DNA from: an uncultured delta proteobacterium
GTDB taxonomy: Bacteria > Desulfobacterota > Desulfomonilia > UBA1062
Assembly: GCA_963785235.1 (NCBI GenBank)
Contig: CAWAUM010000010.1
Coordinates: forward strand, 64,001-128,000
Reading direction: 5' to 3'
Length of the DNA: 64,000 nucleotides
In this document: piece after piece, positions 20,677-31,583 of the stretch
Numbering within the stretch: position 1 is the first letter of the stretch
Layout of the letters: each line of letters begins with the position of its first letter
The notes under the pieces: model-generated
The model's input: only the letters and a program-made list of their open reading frames with translations
Databases searched by the model: none
Told to the model about the DNA's origin: nothing
Program-made: the position numbers and the translations under genes

Positions 20677-21239
20677 AGCAGTTCCTTTAATGCCTTCCTC
20701 ACCAGATCCTCCACCGTATCTGCCTTGACCGAACCCACGGACTTCCGGGCCTGGTTCTCAGAATACCCCAGCGTGACAAGGGCGGAAACTGCATCCTCGC
20801 CCATGTCCCTTGAAGTTCCCCGGGCAATGGTCTTATAATTCCTGGCAATGCGCTCCTTGAGCTCGAGGACAATGCGCTGGGCGCCCTTGTTGCCGATGCC
20901 CGGCAGCCCCATGAGATAGGATATGTTCTCGCTCACAACCTCCTCGAGGAACCTGTTGGGATCCACAGACGAGACGATGTTCATGGCCGTCTTGGGGCCT
21001 ATCCCGGATACGCCGAGCAGGAGTGCGAAGATCTCGCGCTGTCGCTGGTCGAGGAAACCATACAGATCCATGGAGTCCTGGCGAACGATGAGCATGGTAA
21101 ACAGGGTCACATCGTGGTTGTCTCCATGTGATAACTGTGTCCCGGCAGGGACGTTTACCAGGTAACCCACACCTCCTACCATGAGGACCGCCTGGTTGCC
21201 CGAGAACTGGGCCACCTGCCCTTTCAGCATGCTGATCAT
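20673..21239 (-). CDS. ruvA: Holliday junction branch migration protein RuvA
   Basis: [39 protein letters not shown]. Confidence 0.96.
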   Translation of the reverse strand: MISMLKGQVAQFSGNQAVLMVGGVGYLVNVPAGTQLSHGDNHDVTLFTMLIVRQDSMDLYGFLDQRQREIFALLLGVSGIGPKTAMNIVSSVDPNRFLEEVVSENISYLMGLPGIGNKGAQRIVLELKERIARNYKTIARGTSRDMGEDAVSALVTLGYSENQARKSVGSVKADTVEDLVRKALKELL

Positions 21240-21730
21240 TGCATGAGCCTCCTCATACGCCGCGTGGAAGAATGACACACACCTATGGCCAGCGCATCCG
21301 AAGCATCCAGAGAGGTGACCGTTGTCTTTGGGAGGTGGAGAATAGTGCTCACCATGGCATGTATCTGGACCTTGCCGGCATGGCCGTAACCGCAGGTGGC
21401 CTTCTTGACCTCGGTGGGTGTATATTCAAACACCGGTATCTCGAGCATGGCGGCGGCGAGCAGGATGGCCCCCCTCGCCTGTCCGAGCTTGAGGGCTGTC
21501 TGGGAATTCAAGGCATGAAAGGAACTCTCCACCGCCACCTCTTCGGGGTTAAACTGGCGGAATATGTCCGTTAATCCGTCAAAGATCTCTTTGAGCCGTC
21601 CTGCCGTGTCATCGGAGATGGGTTTGATTGTCCCATGCGCCACATGGACCAGGCTCGAAGACGATGAATTCATGTCAAGGATGCCGTATCCCGTGGCCTT
21701 GTTTCCCGGATCTATTCCACAGATTATCAT
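21236..21730 (-). CDS. ruvC: Crossover junction endodeoxyribonuclease RuvC
   Basis: GIDPG...TGYG, LGQARG, EYTPTEVKK...GYG.A.K.Q, DASDALA. Confidence 0.96.
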   Translation of the reverse strand: MIICGIDPGNKATGYGILDMNSSSSSLVHVAHGTIKPISDDTAGRLKEIFDGLTDIFRQFNPEEVAVESSFHALNSQTALKLGQARGAILLAAAMLEIPVFEYTPTEVKKATCGYGHAGKVQIHAMVSTILHLPKTTVTSLDASDALAIGVCHSSTRRMRRLMQ

Positions 21731-22479
21731 TATCCCTGGAGCTGGGCCATCTCCTCATCGTCGATATCGAAGTTCGAGGATACCGCCTGGACGTCGTCAA
21801 GGTCTTCCAGGGCATCCAGCAGCTTCAAGGCCTGTTGGGCAGGCTTTCCGGTAAGCCTTACATTGGTCTGGGGGATCATCTGGACTTCCAGCGAGTTGTA
21901 CTTGATGCCCTTGGTTTCCAGGGCTGTACGTAATGCTTCAAGGTCTTCGGGGACCGTAAGGATCTCAAAGCTCTCCCCTGCATCCGTTACGTCATCCGCA
22001 CCTGCACTTAAGGCCACGTCGTAAAGGGTCTCCTCGTCAACGGTTTGCTTATCGATTGATGCATAGCCTTTCTTATCGAACATCCAGTTCACGCAGCCCG
22101 TCTCGCCGAGGTTGCCGTTATACTTTGAAAACAGGTGCCGGATATCAGCCACTGCACGGTTCTTATTGTCCGTAAGCACCTTGACGAGCACTGCCACACC
22201 GCCCGGACCATAGCCCTCATAGGTGATTTCCTCGAAGGAAACCCCGTCGAGCCCTCCTGATCCTTTCTTAATGGCACGATCGATATTGTCCTTGGGCATA
22301 TTGGAGGCCTTAGCCGAGCTTATCGCAGCCCTCAGCCTTGCATTGCCTTCGATATCACCGCCTCCCATGCGTGCTGCGACTGTGATCTCCTTGATGATCT
22401 TGGAGAAAACCTTTCCCCGCTTGGCGTCTGCAGCGCCCTTCTTATGCTTGATAGTAGACCATTTATTGTGACCGGACAT
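21730..22479 (-). CDS. yebC: YebC/PmpR-family protein
   Basis: [38 protein letters not shown]. Confidence 0.97.
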   Translation of the reverse strand: MSGHNKWSTIKHKKGAADAKRGKVFSKIIKEITVAARMGGGDIEGNARLRAAISSAKASNMPKDNIDRAIKKGSGGLDGVSFEEITYEGYGPGGVAVLVKVLTDNKNRAVADIRHLFSKYNGNLGETGCVNWMFDKKGYASIDKQTVDEETLYDVALSAGADDVTDAGESFEILTVPEDLEALRTALETKGIKYNSLEVQMIPQTNVRLTGKPAQQALKLLDALEDLDDVQAVSSNFDIDDEEMAQLQG

Positions 22480-22654
22480 ACACGATCCTCCCCTTTCTCG
22501 CTTGAAACCTTCTCGGTAACCAGTATTTATCACAGTGAATCCATAATGACAAGCAGGCCTTAAGCTCTGCTGCAAGCGCAGGAACAGCTTGCAGGGGAAT
22601 TAACCGGTTATTTGTGGCTGGTGATTGATACACCAAGCTTTGACTGTAGCGTTA

Positions 22655-23554
22655 TCAGCTGCTTTTTACCTCATTATTATTGATCTCCTGGCTCATAACC
22701 ACACCGACTATAACCACTGCTGACGCCACATACTGCATAGCCGTGAAGCGTTCACCCAGAATAATCCAGCTGAAAAGGACCGTGAGAACAGGGATGAGAT
22801 TTACAAATGCCGATGCCTTGCTTGCAGGCACCTTGCTTACCGCATAGTTATACAGACCATAGGCACCCATGGTGACAAAGATCCCGAGGTAGACAATACT
22901 GAATGCAGGGAGCGCCTCGAACCTGACCGGCAGGGTAGTCCTTTGCAGAAAGAGAAAGGGCAGGAAAAAGATGCTCCCGGCAAAGGCCTGAAGTGCAGTG
23001 AGAAACAACGGGGTGTACATTGCAGACAGACGTTTGAGAGAGATCGTGTAGCCCGTTGCGCACACCATTGCCAGGAATTCGTAGAAATTACCAAGTTCCG
23101 GGTTAGGGGCCGAATCATTGGACAGTGCAGCCAGACTCAACAGGCATACACCTAGAATAGCAAGGAGAAACCCAAGGACGGTTTTTATGCTTATTGATTC
23201 CTTGAGGTAAAAGCCTGCCGAGATGGCTACCATGAGAGGGAGTATGGCCGTGATCATGCCTGCCTGTGAGGCCGTGGTGTTCTTCAGTGCCGCCGCCTCG
23301 AACAGAAAGTAGAGGCACGGCTCGCAGGCGAGCATAAAGATAAGCGTTGGGATGTCTTTGCCCATGAGACGGTTCTTTTTCAGAACTCCTGAAAAAGGGA
23401 TGAAACAGATGCTCGCCGTGGCCATCCTGCCAAAGATGACAACCATGGGGTCATAGGCCATGAAGGCAAGTTTCAGGGCAATAAACGAGCTCGCCCAGAG
23501 CACCATGGCACCAAGCAGACACACTATGGGGACAATAAAGTCTCTTTGCAGCAT
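22655..23554 (-). CDS. DMT/EamA-family transporter
   Basis: About 10 hydrophobic helices in two EamA repeats; LWASSF, NLIPV...LGE. Confidence 0.9.
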   Translation of the reverse strand: MLQRDFIVPIVCLLGAMVLWASSFIALKLAFMAYDPMVVIFGRMATASICFIPFSGVLKKNRLMGKDIPTLIFMLACEPCLYFLFEAAALKNTTASQAGMITAILPLMVAISAGFYLKESISIKTVLGFLLAILGVCLLSLAALSNDSAPNPELGNFYEFLAMVCATGYTISLKRLSAMYTPLFLTALQAFAGSIFFLPFLFLQRTTLPVRFEALPAFSIVYLGIFVTMGAYGLYNYAVSKVPASKASAFVNLIPVLTVLFSWIILGERFTAMQYVASAVVIVGVVMSQEINNNEVKSS

Positions 23555-23733
23555 CCGTCTTTCCCGATCAGGCACGTGTCATCACACATGGCCGGTCTCA
23601 ACCCATAACACGAGCAGTGTTTTCATAGAATCGGAATCTGTATGAAATGATTTCATTGCAGCATGACAAAACCCATTGTATACAAAAATCGAACATTATA
23701 ATCCGCATTGTTCTTAGACAAGGAGAGCCGACC

Positions 23734-24213
23734 ATGAAGTTCTGCCCACATTGCGGACAGGGGCTTATGAAAAAACAGGTCGAGGGGAAAGACCGGCTTG
23801 CGTGCCCATCATCCTCATGCACCTACGTGTTCTGGGACAACCCCACACCTGTAGTGGCAGCCATTGTGGAACTGGATGGCAGTGTTATCCTGGCGCGGAA
23901 CAAGCTCTGGCCCGAAAAGATGTTCGGCCTGGTGACAGGGTTCCTTGAAAAGGGAGAGACACCGGCGTCGGCAGTACTGCGCGAGGTGAAGGAGGAACTC
24001 GGGCTCACAGGGACTGTTGCCGACTTCATTGGCATCTACAGCTTCTTGGAACAAAACCAGCTCATAATCGCCTATCATGTGGGCGCACACGGTACGGTGA
24101 CCCTGGGAGAAGAAATTGCAGAGGTCAGGTATGTGAGCCCGGAACGCCTCAAGCCATGGCCATTCGGCACCGGTTATGCGGTGAAAGACTGGCTTGAGGG
24201 GAGAAATACGTAA
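23734..24213 (+). CDS. NUDIX hydrolase with N-terminal zinc ribbon
   Basis: FCPHCG...CP; Nudix box [22 protein letters not shown]. Confidence 0.93.
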   Translation: MKFCPHCGQGLMKKQVEGKDRLACPSSSCTYVFWDNPTPVVAAIVELDGSVILARNKLWPEKMFGLVTGFLEKGETPASAVLREVKEELGLTGTVADFIGIYSFLEQNQLIIAYHVGAHGTVTLGEEIAEVRYVSPERLKPWPFGTGYAVKDWLEGRNT

Positions 24214-24271
24214 ATCTAAAAATGCAGCTCATGCTGCACAAGATATTTTATCAATAACCAAGGAGTTAACT

Positions 24272-24865
24272 ATGGAAAGGAGAATGTTTATTATTATGAT
24301 GATCTTGTTCAGTTTGCTCAGTACAACAGTGGAAGCCGCCAAAAACCCGAAGGTAGTCCTTGAGACAAGCATGGGGGACATCACCCTTGAGCTTTACCCT
24401 GACAAAGCGCCTGCAACGGTCAAGAACTTCCTTACCTATGTGGATGAGAAATTCTATGATGGCACCATCTTCCACAGGGTCATCAGCGGCTTCATGATCC
24501 AGGGCGGAGGCATGACCGCTGACATGAATGAAAAATCCACCCACAGCCCGATTAAAAACGAGGCTGACAACGGCTTGAAGAATGACCGCGGCACCATCGC
24601 CATGGCCCGCACGAATGACCCGAATTCCGCCAGCTCCCAGTTCTTCATCAATGCAAAGGACAACACGTTCCTGAACTTCAAGAGCAAGTCCATTGAAGGA
24701 TACGGGTACTGTGTGTTTGGTAAGGTGACAAAAGGCCTGGATATTGTTGAAGCCATTGAAAAGACGCCCACGACATCCAAGGGCTTCTTTCAGGATGTGC
24801 CGGCCAAGCAGGTAGTAATTAAAAAGGCATACCGCTTCACAGAGAAGAAAGACGCTGCCCAATAA
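24272..24865 (+). CDS. ppiA: Periplasmic cyclophilin peptidyl-prolyl isomerase
   Basis: Signal peptide; [40 protein letters not shown]. Confidence 0.93.
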   Translation: MERRMFIIMMILFSLLSTTVEAAKNPKVVLETSMGDITLELYPDKAPATVKNFLTYVDEKFYDGTIFHRVISGFMIQGGGMTADMNEKSTHSPIKNEADNGLKNDRGTIAMARTNDPNSASSQFFINAKDNTFLNFKSKSIEGYGYCVFGKVTKGLDIVEAIEKTPTTSKGFFQDVPAKQVVIKKAYRFTEKKDAAQ

Positions 24866-24890
24866 CACCACGTTCTTTCTCTAGACGACC

Positions 24891-24935
24891 AAAGGCTCTG
24901 TCCCTACTTTGGCAAAAGGGGTCAGGGCCTCTTTC
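24891..24935 (+). terminator. Hairpin with CTGTCCC / GGGGTCAG arms (terminator or REP-like repeat)
   Basis: AAAGGCTCTGTCCCT...AGGGGTCAGGGCCTCTTT imperfect inverted repeat. Confidence 0.5.
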
Positions 24936-24973
24936 GTCTTAAGAACGAACATCAAGGATTGAGGAAAGAAACA

Positions 24974-26281
24974 ATGGGACAGGGTTCCAAAAAAGCGGTC
25001 CTTGCCTGGGCTATGTATGACTGGGCAAACTCGGCCTTTGCCACAACGGTAATGGCTGGTTTTTTCCCCATATTCTTCAAACAGTTCTGGAGTGCCGGGA
25101 CAGACACTGCCCTGAGCACGGCAAGGCTGGGCCTTGCCAACTCTGTGGCAGGGATTACCGTAGCCCTTGCCGCACCCTTCCTTGGTGCCATTGCAGACCA
25201 GAGCGCTGCCAAGAAAACCTTCCTTTTTACCTTTGCTGCAATGGGGATTACGGCAACGATGAGCCTCTTTTTTGTTGCCAAGGGGCAGTGGCTGGTGGCG
25301 ACAATGCTCTATGTCTTTGCCCTGATGGGCTTCTCATGCGGCAATGTCTTCTATGACTCCCTGATAAAGACCGTATCGGATGAACCGAGGATGGACAGCG
25401 TCTCAACCCTTGGCTATGCCTTGGGCTACCTGGGCGGTGGGCTGCTCTTTGCGCTCAATGTGTTCATGGTGCTCAGACCTTCTGTGTTCGGTATGGGGCA
25501 TGCATCCCAGGCAGTGAGGCTGTCGTTCATTACCGTGGGTATCTGGTGGGCCGTCTTTGCCATACCCCTTGCAATCTTTGTACATGAGGCACGAACCGGG
25601 GATAATGAACGATCCGCACAGTTGGTGAGCAAAGGATTTCATCAGCTTTGCCAGACATTTTCAGAGGTCCGGAAACTGAAGACCATCTCCTTGTTCCTCA
25701 TAGCCTACTGGCTTTATATCGATGGTGTGGATACCATTATCGTGATGGCAGTGGACTATGGACTCTCTTTAGGCTTTCGACAGGAGGATCTGATCCTGGC
25801 GCTGCTGCTGGTCCAGTTTGTAGGCTTCCCCTGTGCCATTGCCTTCGGCCGCATTGCAGACCGCATTGGCACAAAGCCATCAATCCTGCTTGGTATTTGC
25901 GTCTATCTGTTCGTGACCGTCTGGGGCGCCTTAATCCAGAACCGCACCGAATTCTATATCATGGCCGTGCTCATCGGTTTGGTCCAGGGCGGGGTCCAGG
26001 CCCTGTCACGCTCATTTTTCGCAAAGATAATCCCACAGGACAAGACTGCTCAATACTTCGGGTTCTACAACATGCTCGGCAAGTTCGCGGCCATAATCGG
26101 CCCCCTACTCGTAGGGACAACAGTCATGCTGGCCCGATCACTGGGTGCAAGCCCCGATCTCTCACCTCGTATCAGTATCTCATCCATTGCAATCCTCTTC
26201 ATTGCAGGTGGTATGGTGCTCCTGTTCGTTGATGAAGAGAAAGGAAAGCAGGAAGCAAAGGACGTATCACAATTATTCTAA
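24974..26281 (+). CDS. MFS transporter (UMF1/Atg22-like)
   Basis: WAMYDWANSAF, GYALGYLGG, DGVDTII, GGVQALSRS, FGFYNMLGKF. Confidence 0.92.
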   Translation: MGQGSKKAVLAWAMYDWANSAFATTVMAGFFPIFFKQFWSAGTDTALSTARLGLANSVAGITVALAAPFLGAIADQSAAKKTFLFTFAAMGITATMSLFFVAKGQWLVATMLYVFALMGFSCGNVFYDSLIKTVSDEPRMDSVSTLGYALGYLGGGLLFALNVFMVLRPSVFGMGHASQAVRLSFITVGIWWAVFAIPLAIFVHEARTGDNERSAQLVSKGFHQLCQTFSEVRKLKTISLFLIAYWLYIDGVDTIIVMAVDYGLSLGFRQEDLILALLLVQFVGFPCAIAFGRIADRIGTKPSILLGICVYLFVTVWGALIQNRTEFYIMAVLIGLVQGGVQALSRSFFAKIIPQDKTAQYFGFYNMLGKFAAIIGPLLVGTTVMLARSLGASPDLSPRISISSIAILFIAGGMVLLFVDEEKGKQEAKDVSQLF

Positions 26282-26473
26282 AACTTTTTTGTCGGCTGAT
26301 GGGTATTTTCCCCTAGTATGTGACATTTGAGGAAATTCATTTCCCACACCGTAAATATCTTCCATCAAACTGGGTTATAACTACCTGTTTTTCATCATTT
26401 ATTGTAATACTTGATTTTTGCATAATTTTTGCATATAGTTTTAGATTGCTCATGGGAAATTTATGGGGAAAGA

Positions 26474-27061
26474 ATGAAGAGGTTGTCAGCATTACTCATA
26501 ACAATACTATTATTGCCATTGGCTCTATTCGCCATGAGTACGCTCTCAGATTCTGATCTTTCAGATGTAAGCAACCCGCTGAGCCTGAGCATCAATCCTG
26601 ATCAGATAATGGAATCCGACACTACCTATCTTGAAGCTTTAGATTATAGCGGTATAAGCAAATTCTTGTTCAACACGATCAAACGTGGGATCGTTTTCAA
26701 TCCCGATACACATGAAGACAATAATAGAATTTGGGAAACACAAGAAATGGATACTCCGCTCTTCTTTGCACTATGGGATAACAATGATAGTCAGATCATC
26801 ATTAAAAACTTCCTAATTGATCCAATCACATTAAAAGATATCACTGCAACGGACTATGATGAAGTTATCTACATTAATGTGCGTTCACCTCAAGCCGGGA
26901 ACACGTACTCCATAGAATATCCCCATGGTGCCATAAATAACTCAAACACCTCTGGCACATACACGATAACATCCGGCAATATTGAAATGCGGGACACCTT
27001 TATCAACCAGACAAGGTCCACCATTCAACCGAACAGTTGGGTGGATATTAAAACACGCTGA
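26474..27061 (+). CDS. Secreted protein with DUF6160/FilA-like termini
   Basis: Signal peptide then AMSTLSDSDLSDV; C-terminal NSWVDIKTR; AT-rich gene. Confidence 0.55.
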   Translation: MKRLSALLITILLLPLALFAMSTLSDSDLSDVSNPLSLSINPDQIMESDTTYLEALDYSGISKFLFNTIKRGIVFNPDTHEDNNRIWETQEMDTPLFFALWDNNDSQIIIKNFLIDPITLKDITATDYDEVIYINVRSPQAGNTYSIEYPHGAINNSNTSGTYTITSGNIEMRDTFINQTRSTIQPNSWVDIKTR

Positions 27062-27127
27062 TTCGTATGATATTACACGGATCGGGACTCAGAGCTGAAA
27101 ACATACTCAATGCACCGGAGGCGAACC

Positions 27128-27439
27128 ATGCGACATAAACCGTTTAACCTTTTTATTATACTTTTGGTTTCCTTGTTTTTTTCAGGATGTGCCGCCCTCT
27201 ATACCGACATCAAGACGCCAATGCCTTCGCTAGGCCTGAACACTGACGCCCAGGGAACCACCCATGTTGGAAAGGCCTCCTGTGCTTCCTATGTGTGGAT
27301 TGTAGCATTAGGAGACTGCAGTGTCCAAGCAGCCATGCAAAACGGCAGCATATCCAAGGTTCACCATATGGACACAGAAATAAACAGTTATTTCTTAGGG
27401 ATATATACCAAGTTCACTACCGTGGTGTACGGGGAATAG
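27128..27439 (+). CDS. TRL-like family lipoprotein
   Basis: Lipobox FFSGC; GKASC.S...IVALGDCS..AA..NG.ISKVHHMD...TVVYGE. Confidence 0.85.
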   Translation: MRHKPFNLFIILLVSLFFSGCAALYTDIKTPMPSLGLNTDAQGTTHVGKASCASYVWIVALGDCSVQAAMQNGSISKVHHMDTEINSYFLGIYTKFTTVVYGE

Positions 27440-27551
27440 CGAACAATCTTTAAGTTTAAAACGTTACGTGCCAGGTGGATGTCTCAGGGAGAAGGAAATC
27501 CTGACCAATCTCTCCTCGTAAGATTAAAGCCTAGCATCTGAAACATTTGTA

Positions 27552-28649
27552 TTACAGTATCGTCCTCTTCCCGTTATAACGATCCGTATCGTAGTACTTG
27601 TCCACATCCACTATCCTGAGCCTGTCGATTACCTCTTTCATGGGCACCGAGGTGATCTCGCCGTGGAGGTAACTCACCATCCTCCCATAATCCTCGTTCA
27701 ATATCATGTCTATGGCCGCGATCCCGAACCATCTGGCCATGAGCCTGTCCCGGGCGGAAGGCGATCCACCCCTCTGGAGGTGGCTCAGCGTGACATAGCG
27801 GGCCTCAAAACCTGTTCTCTTCTGAATCTCCTCAGCAATATAAGCCGAAATTCCTCCCAGTGACCTGTGGCCGAACTCGTCAAGCTTGTCGTCCTTGTAG
27901 AACTCCTTGTCGCCGCCCAGCTTGGCGCCTTCAGACACGACAATGATGCTGTACTGTATTTCACGGCCCCTGCGTCCCTGGAGGAGCTCACAGATCCGTT
28001 CGATGCTGAAGGGGTACTCGGGGATCAGGATGATATAAGCCCCGCTGCATTCACCGCCGTGAAGCGCCAGCCATCCGGCATGCCTGCCCATGGTCTCCAC
28101 CACGAAGATCCTGTTGTGGGACCCGGCGGTGGTACGAAGGCGGTCAATCTCCTCCATGATGATGTTCACGGCTGAGTCGAAACCCAAAGAATACTCGGTC
28201 CCGATGAGGTCGCCATCGATGGTCTTGGGGATCCCGATGGTCTTGAGGCCTTGCTTGTAGAGCTTGTAGGCCACGCCTAGCGTGTCCTCGCCGCCTACGG
28301 CAACGATGACATCGATCCCGAGCTTATTGATATTTTCAATGACCTTCTCTGAGCGGTTCTTCTTCGGGTTGAATGGGTTGGTACGCGACGTGCCGAGGTT
28401 TGTCCCCCCATAGCGGTCCCAGGTCCTGACAACCTCCTCATCGAGGTTCATGATATGCTGGGCCATGCTTTCGGGATTATCCGGGTCCACCTCCACGAGG
28501 CCTTTCCACCCATCCCTGATGCCGAGCACATCAAACTTGATGGATCTCTTCTCTTCAAGAAGGGGGTCGAGCGCTGTCTTGGTTACCCATTTAACCGCAC
28601 CATTCAATCCGGGACAATCTCCTCCACCTGTCAGGACAGCTATTCTCAT
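27552..28649 (-). CDS. pfkA: 6-phosphofructokinase (group III)
   Basis: LTGGGDCPGLN, GGT.LGTSR.NP, GGEDT, PKTIDGD, VETMGRHAGW, HLQRGG. Confidence 0.95.
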   Translation of the reverse strand: MRIAVLTGGGDCPGLNGAVKWVTKTALDPLLEEKRSIKFDVLGIRDGWKGLVEVDPDNPESMAQHIMNLDEEVVRTWDRYGGTNLGTSRTNPFNPKKNRSEKVIENINKLGIDVIVAVGGEDTLGVAYKLYKQGLKTIGIPKTIDGDLIGTEYSLGFDSAVNIIMEEIDRLRTTAGSHNRIFVVETMGRHAGWLALHGGECSGAYIILIPEYPFSIERICELLQGRRGREIQYSIIVVSEGAKLGGDKEFYKDDKLDEFGHRSLGGISAYIAEEIQKRTGFEARYVTLSHLQRGGSPSARDRLMARWFGIAAIDMILNEDYGRMVSYLHGEITSVPMKEVIDRLRIVDVDKYYDTDRYNGKRTIL

Positions 28650-28821
28650 TTTACCCTTCCCTCCTGTTCTCAGTCCAAAACTGTTCTCTTCACGAACGGC
28701 CTTTTCACCATTATAATCCTCAAATACACCTCGGCAAGATACGTTTAAAAAATGAGTATCTTTGGTGTGTGTTTGCATGAAGGCACATACTTCGGATACA
28801 ATATGATAAAAGGAGGGACAT

Positions 28822-29568
28822 ATGAAAGTCATATTCCATGAGGACTTCTACAAGGAGTACACCTCCGACCCGGCAGCTGAGGAAGGAAGAATTGAGGCGG
28901 TCATGGAGGTGATCAGCGGCAAGATTGAGCTTATCACGGCCCAGAATGCCCTTCTTGAAGACATCGAAGCAGTGCACACACCGGCACATATGGAACGGGT
29001 GAAAAACATGGGCCTCCATGAGATAGCATCCCTGGCAGCAGGCGGTGCCATCCAGGCTGCAGAAATAGGCATGAAGGAGCCATGCTTCGCCCTCATCCGG
29101 CCGCCTGGACACCATGCCTCTTCAGACTCTGCCTGGGGTTTCTGCTTCTACAGCAACATGGCTATCGCCATTGAGCACATGAAGCGAACCGGGGCCATTG
29201 AGAACGCCTATGTGCTTGACTTCGATCTCCACTACGGTGACGGCACGGTAAACATCCTGGGCAAGAAGGGTTATGTGAAGATCCACAATCCCAACTCCGC
29301 CGAACGTGTCTCATACCTCAAAGAGGTTGCCGGTGAGCTTGAGCATGTCAAGGCCGATATCATAGGCATCTCGGCAGGATTCGACAACCATGAGGAGGAC
29401 TGGGGCGGGGTTTTGAGCACGGATGATTACCTGCAGATGGGCAGGCTTGTCAGGGAGACGGCCAGACGCATCGGTGCGGGATACTTCGCCATACTCGAAG
29501 GTGGTTATAATCACCGGGTCCTCGGACATAATGTCCTTGCCCTGATCCAGGGTATGGCAGGGGTATAA
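28822..29568 (+). CDS. Short HDAC-family deacylase
   Basis: RPPGHHA, GFCFYSN, DFDLHYGDGT, SAGFD.H, LEGGY. Confidence 0.88.
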   Translation: MKVIFHEDFYKEYTSDPAAEEGRIEAVMEVISGKIELITAQNALLEDIEAVHTPAHMERVKNMGLHEIASLAAGGAIQAAEIGMKEPCFALIRPPGHHASSDSAWGFCFYSNMAIAIEHMKRTGAIENAYVLDFDLHYGDGTVNILGKKGYVKIHNPNSAERVSYLKEVAGELEHVKADIIGISAGFDNHEEDWGGVLSTDDYLQMGRLVRETARRIGAGYFAILEGGYNHRVLGHNVLALIQGMAGV

Positions 29569-29699
29569 TGAGTGGTGAAAGGAAGATATGCAGGATATCA
29601 GGGTAAAATTATCGGATGTTCTTTAAACTCTGGGATGAATACCTACGATAAGGTTATGAAAGAATGTCTTGCAGAGATGGTTATACGAGGAGGCACTTG

Positions 29700-31267
29700 A
29701 TGAAGGTCAGTACCGTTTCCGAGATGAGGGCTTTTGACAAGGCTGCTCTTGTTCAGTTCGGCATCCCGGAGGTGTTGCTCATGGAGAATGCCGGCCTTGC
29801 CTCCTACGACGTCCTGATGAGCCGGTGCGGTATTGCGGGCAAGTCCTTTGTCGTCCTGGCCGGCATGGGAAACAACGGTGGTGACGGGTTTGTGGTGGCG
29901 CGCAAGATACTTTCCGGAGGCGGCAGCGTAAAGGTCTTCATCCTGGGTGATGCAGAAAAATACACAGGCCCTGCCCTGATCAACCTTGAGATTATCCGGA
30001 AGATGCCCATGGAGATTATCGAAGTCTCCACAGCAAGGACACTCAGAAGGGATATTGCAGGCTGCGACGTGATTATCGATGCCATCTTCGGCACCGGACT
30101 GGCCCGAGAAGTTGAGGGGCTCCACAAGAAAATCATCGAATCAGTAAATTCGAGCAAGAAGATCATTGTCAGCCTGGATATCCCTTCAGGCATAAACGGT
30201 GACACAGGCCAGGTAATGGGCTGTGCCGTGCGGGCCGACTATACCGTGACCTTCGGGCTGCCCAAGATCGGAAACCTCCTTATGCCTGGATTTCATCACT
30301 GCGGAAGGCTCTTTATCTCCCATATCTCCTTTCCGCCAAGCCTGTACGACTCCGATAAACTCAAGATCGCACTCAATGACCCCCCTTCCTCTCCCGCCAA
30401 GGGATCCTGCCGGCCACAAGGGTGACTTCGGAGAGGCGCTCTTCATTGCAGGGGCAAAGGGATACTATGGCGCACCGCATTTTGCAGCCCTGTCCTTCAT
30501 GAAGGCAGGCGGCGGGTATTCGCGTCTCGCTACACCGGAATCCATAACGCCCTTCATCGCATCCATGGGCAGCGAGATCGTCTTCCTTCCCCAGGAGGAA
30601 ACCGCATCAGGGAGCATCTCCCTTACGAACAAAGCCAGGCTTCTTGAAATCTCCGACAAGATGGACTTCGTGGTTTTGGGCCCTGGACTTTCACTCAATG
30701 AGGAGACCTCCACGCTCATGCCGCGAACTGGCACTCAGGATAAAAAAGCCCCTGCTCATTGACGGTGACGGCATAACCGCCATCAGTAAAGACCTCACCT
30801 GCATTAAAAAAAGGAAGGCACCCACCATCCTCACCCCGCACCTGGGCGAGATGGCCAGGATAACAGGTATACCGGTCAAGGATATTGACCATGACAGGAT
30901 CGGGACTCTCAGGAAAACCGCAGGTCAACTCGGCGCCATCATCGTGATCAAGGGCGCCCATACTCTCATCGGGTGTCCTGATGGGAGGGTATTCGTGAAC
31001 ATGAGCGGCAACCCGGGTATGGCCACTGCAGGCTCAGGCGATGTACTCACCGGGACCATTGCCGCCATGTATGGACTTGGCCTTTCCCTTGAGGATGCGG
31101 TGCGTAAAGGGGTCTTCATACACGGGGCCTCGGGCGACCTGGCAGCACAAGAAATAGGTGAAGACGGCATCACGGCCCAGGACATCCTCAATTATCTCCC
31201 TCACACAATGGTGCTGGACAGGAAGGGGGTGCTGGCAGGAGATTATGCCTTACCGGTAATTCTCTGA
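29700..31267 (+). CDS. nnr: Bifunctional NAD(P)H-hydrate epimerase/dehydratase; indels near 30385 and 30720
   Basis: LMENAG, GNNGGDG, DAIFGTG, DIPSG; HKGDFG, GPGL; [21 protein letters not shown] across three consecutive ORFs. Confidence 0.92.
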
Positions 31268-31306
31268 CAGGTTAATCCTATCTTTTGCATGAAAAAACTG
31301 TCCTTT

Positions 31307-31346
31307 ACAAGATGGTCATCTCGCCATGGCGAGATGACCATCTTGT
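31307..31346. repeat. Perfect 40-bp palindrome
   Basis: ACAAGATGGTCATCTCGCCA|TGGCGAGATGACCATCTTGT. Confidence 0.95.
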
Positions 31347-31523
31347 TAAGGCTAATTAAGAAAGCCTGACATCATGCCCTGGGGAACGGGAGATCTTATC
31401 TAGACCTGTTGCCCTGCGACTATGACACCTGGATAAAATTATTTTCATTTCTCCTGTTAAGTAATCTCATGACCGTGTCGATAGAGTTACTAGCCAGAAA
31501 GAGTCAAAACTCTCTTCATAACT

Positions 31524-31553
31524 GCCAGGCCTCGATAGCTTGGCTTTTTTTTT
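31524..31553 (+). terminator. Rho-independent terminator
   Basis: GCCAGGC-loop-GCTTGGC followed by T9. Confidence 0.65.
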
Positions 31554-31583
31554 ACAAAATGTATGTCAACGCTTTTCAGCCTA

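Noticed and set aside
19645-20838. Long antisense ORFs (397 aa opposite ruvB; similar ones opposite the ABC operon, kinase and recBCD)
   Set aside because: Shadow frames of genes with GC-rich third positions, with no recognisable motifs.
19651-22479. yebC-ruvCAB plus recCBD as a special repair island
   Set aside because: yebC-ruvCAB is a widely conserved operon and lies ~27 kb from recD with unrelated genes between.
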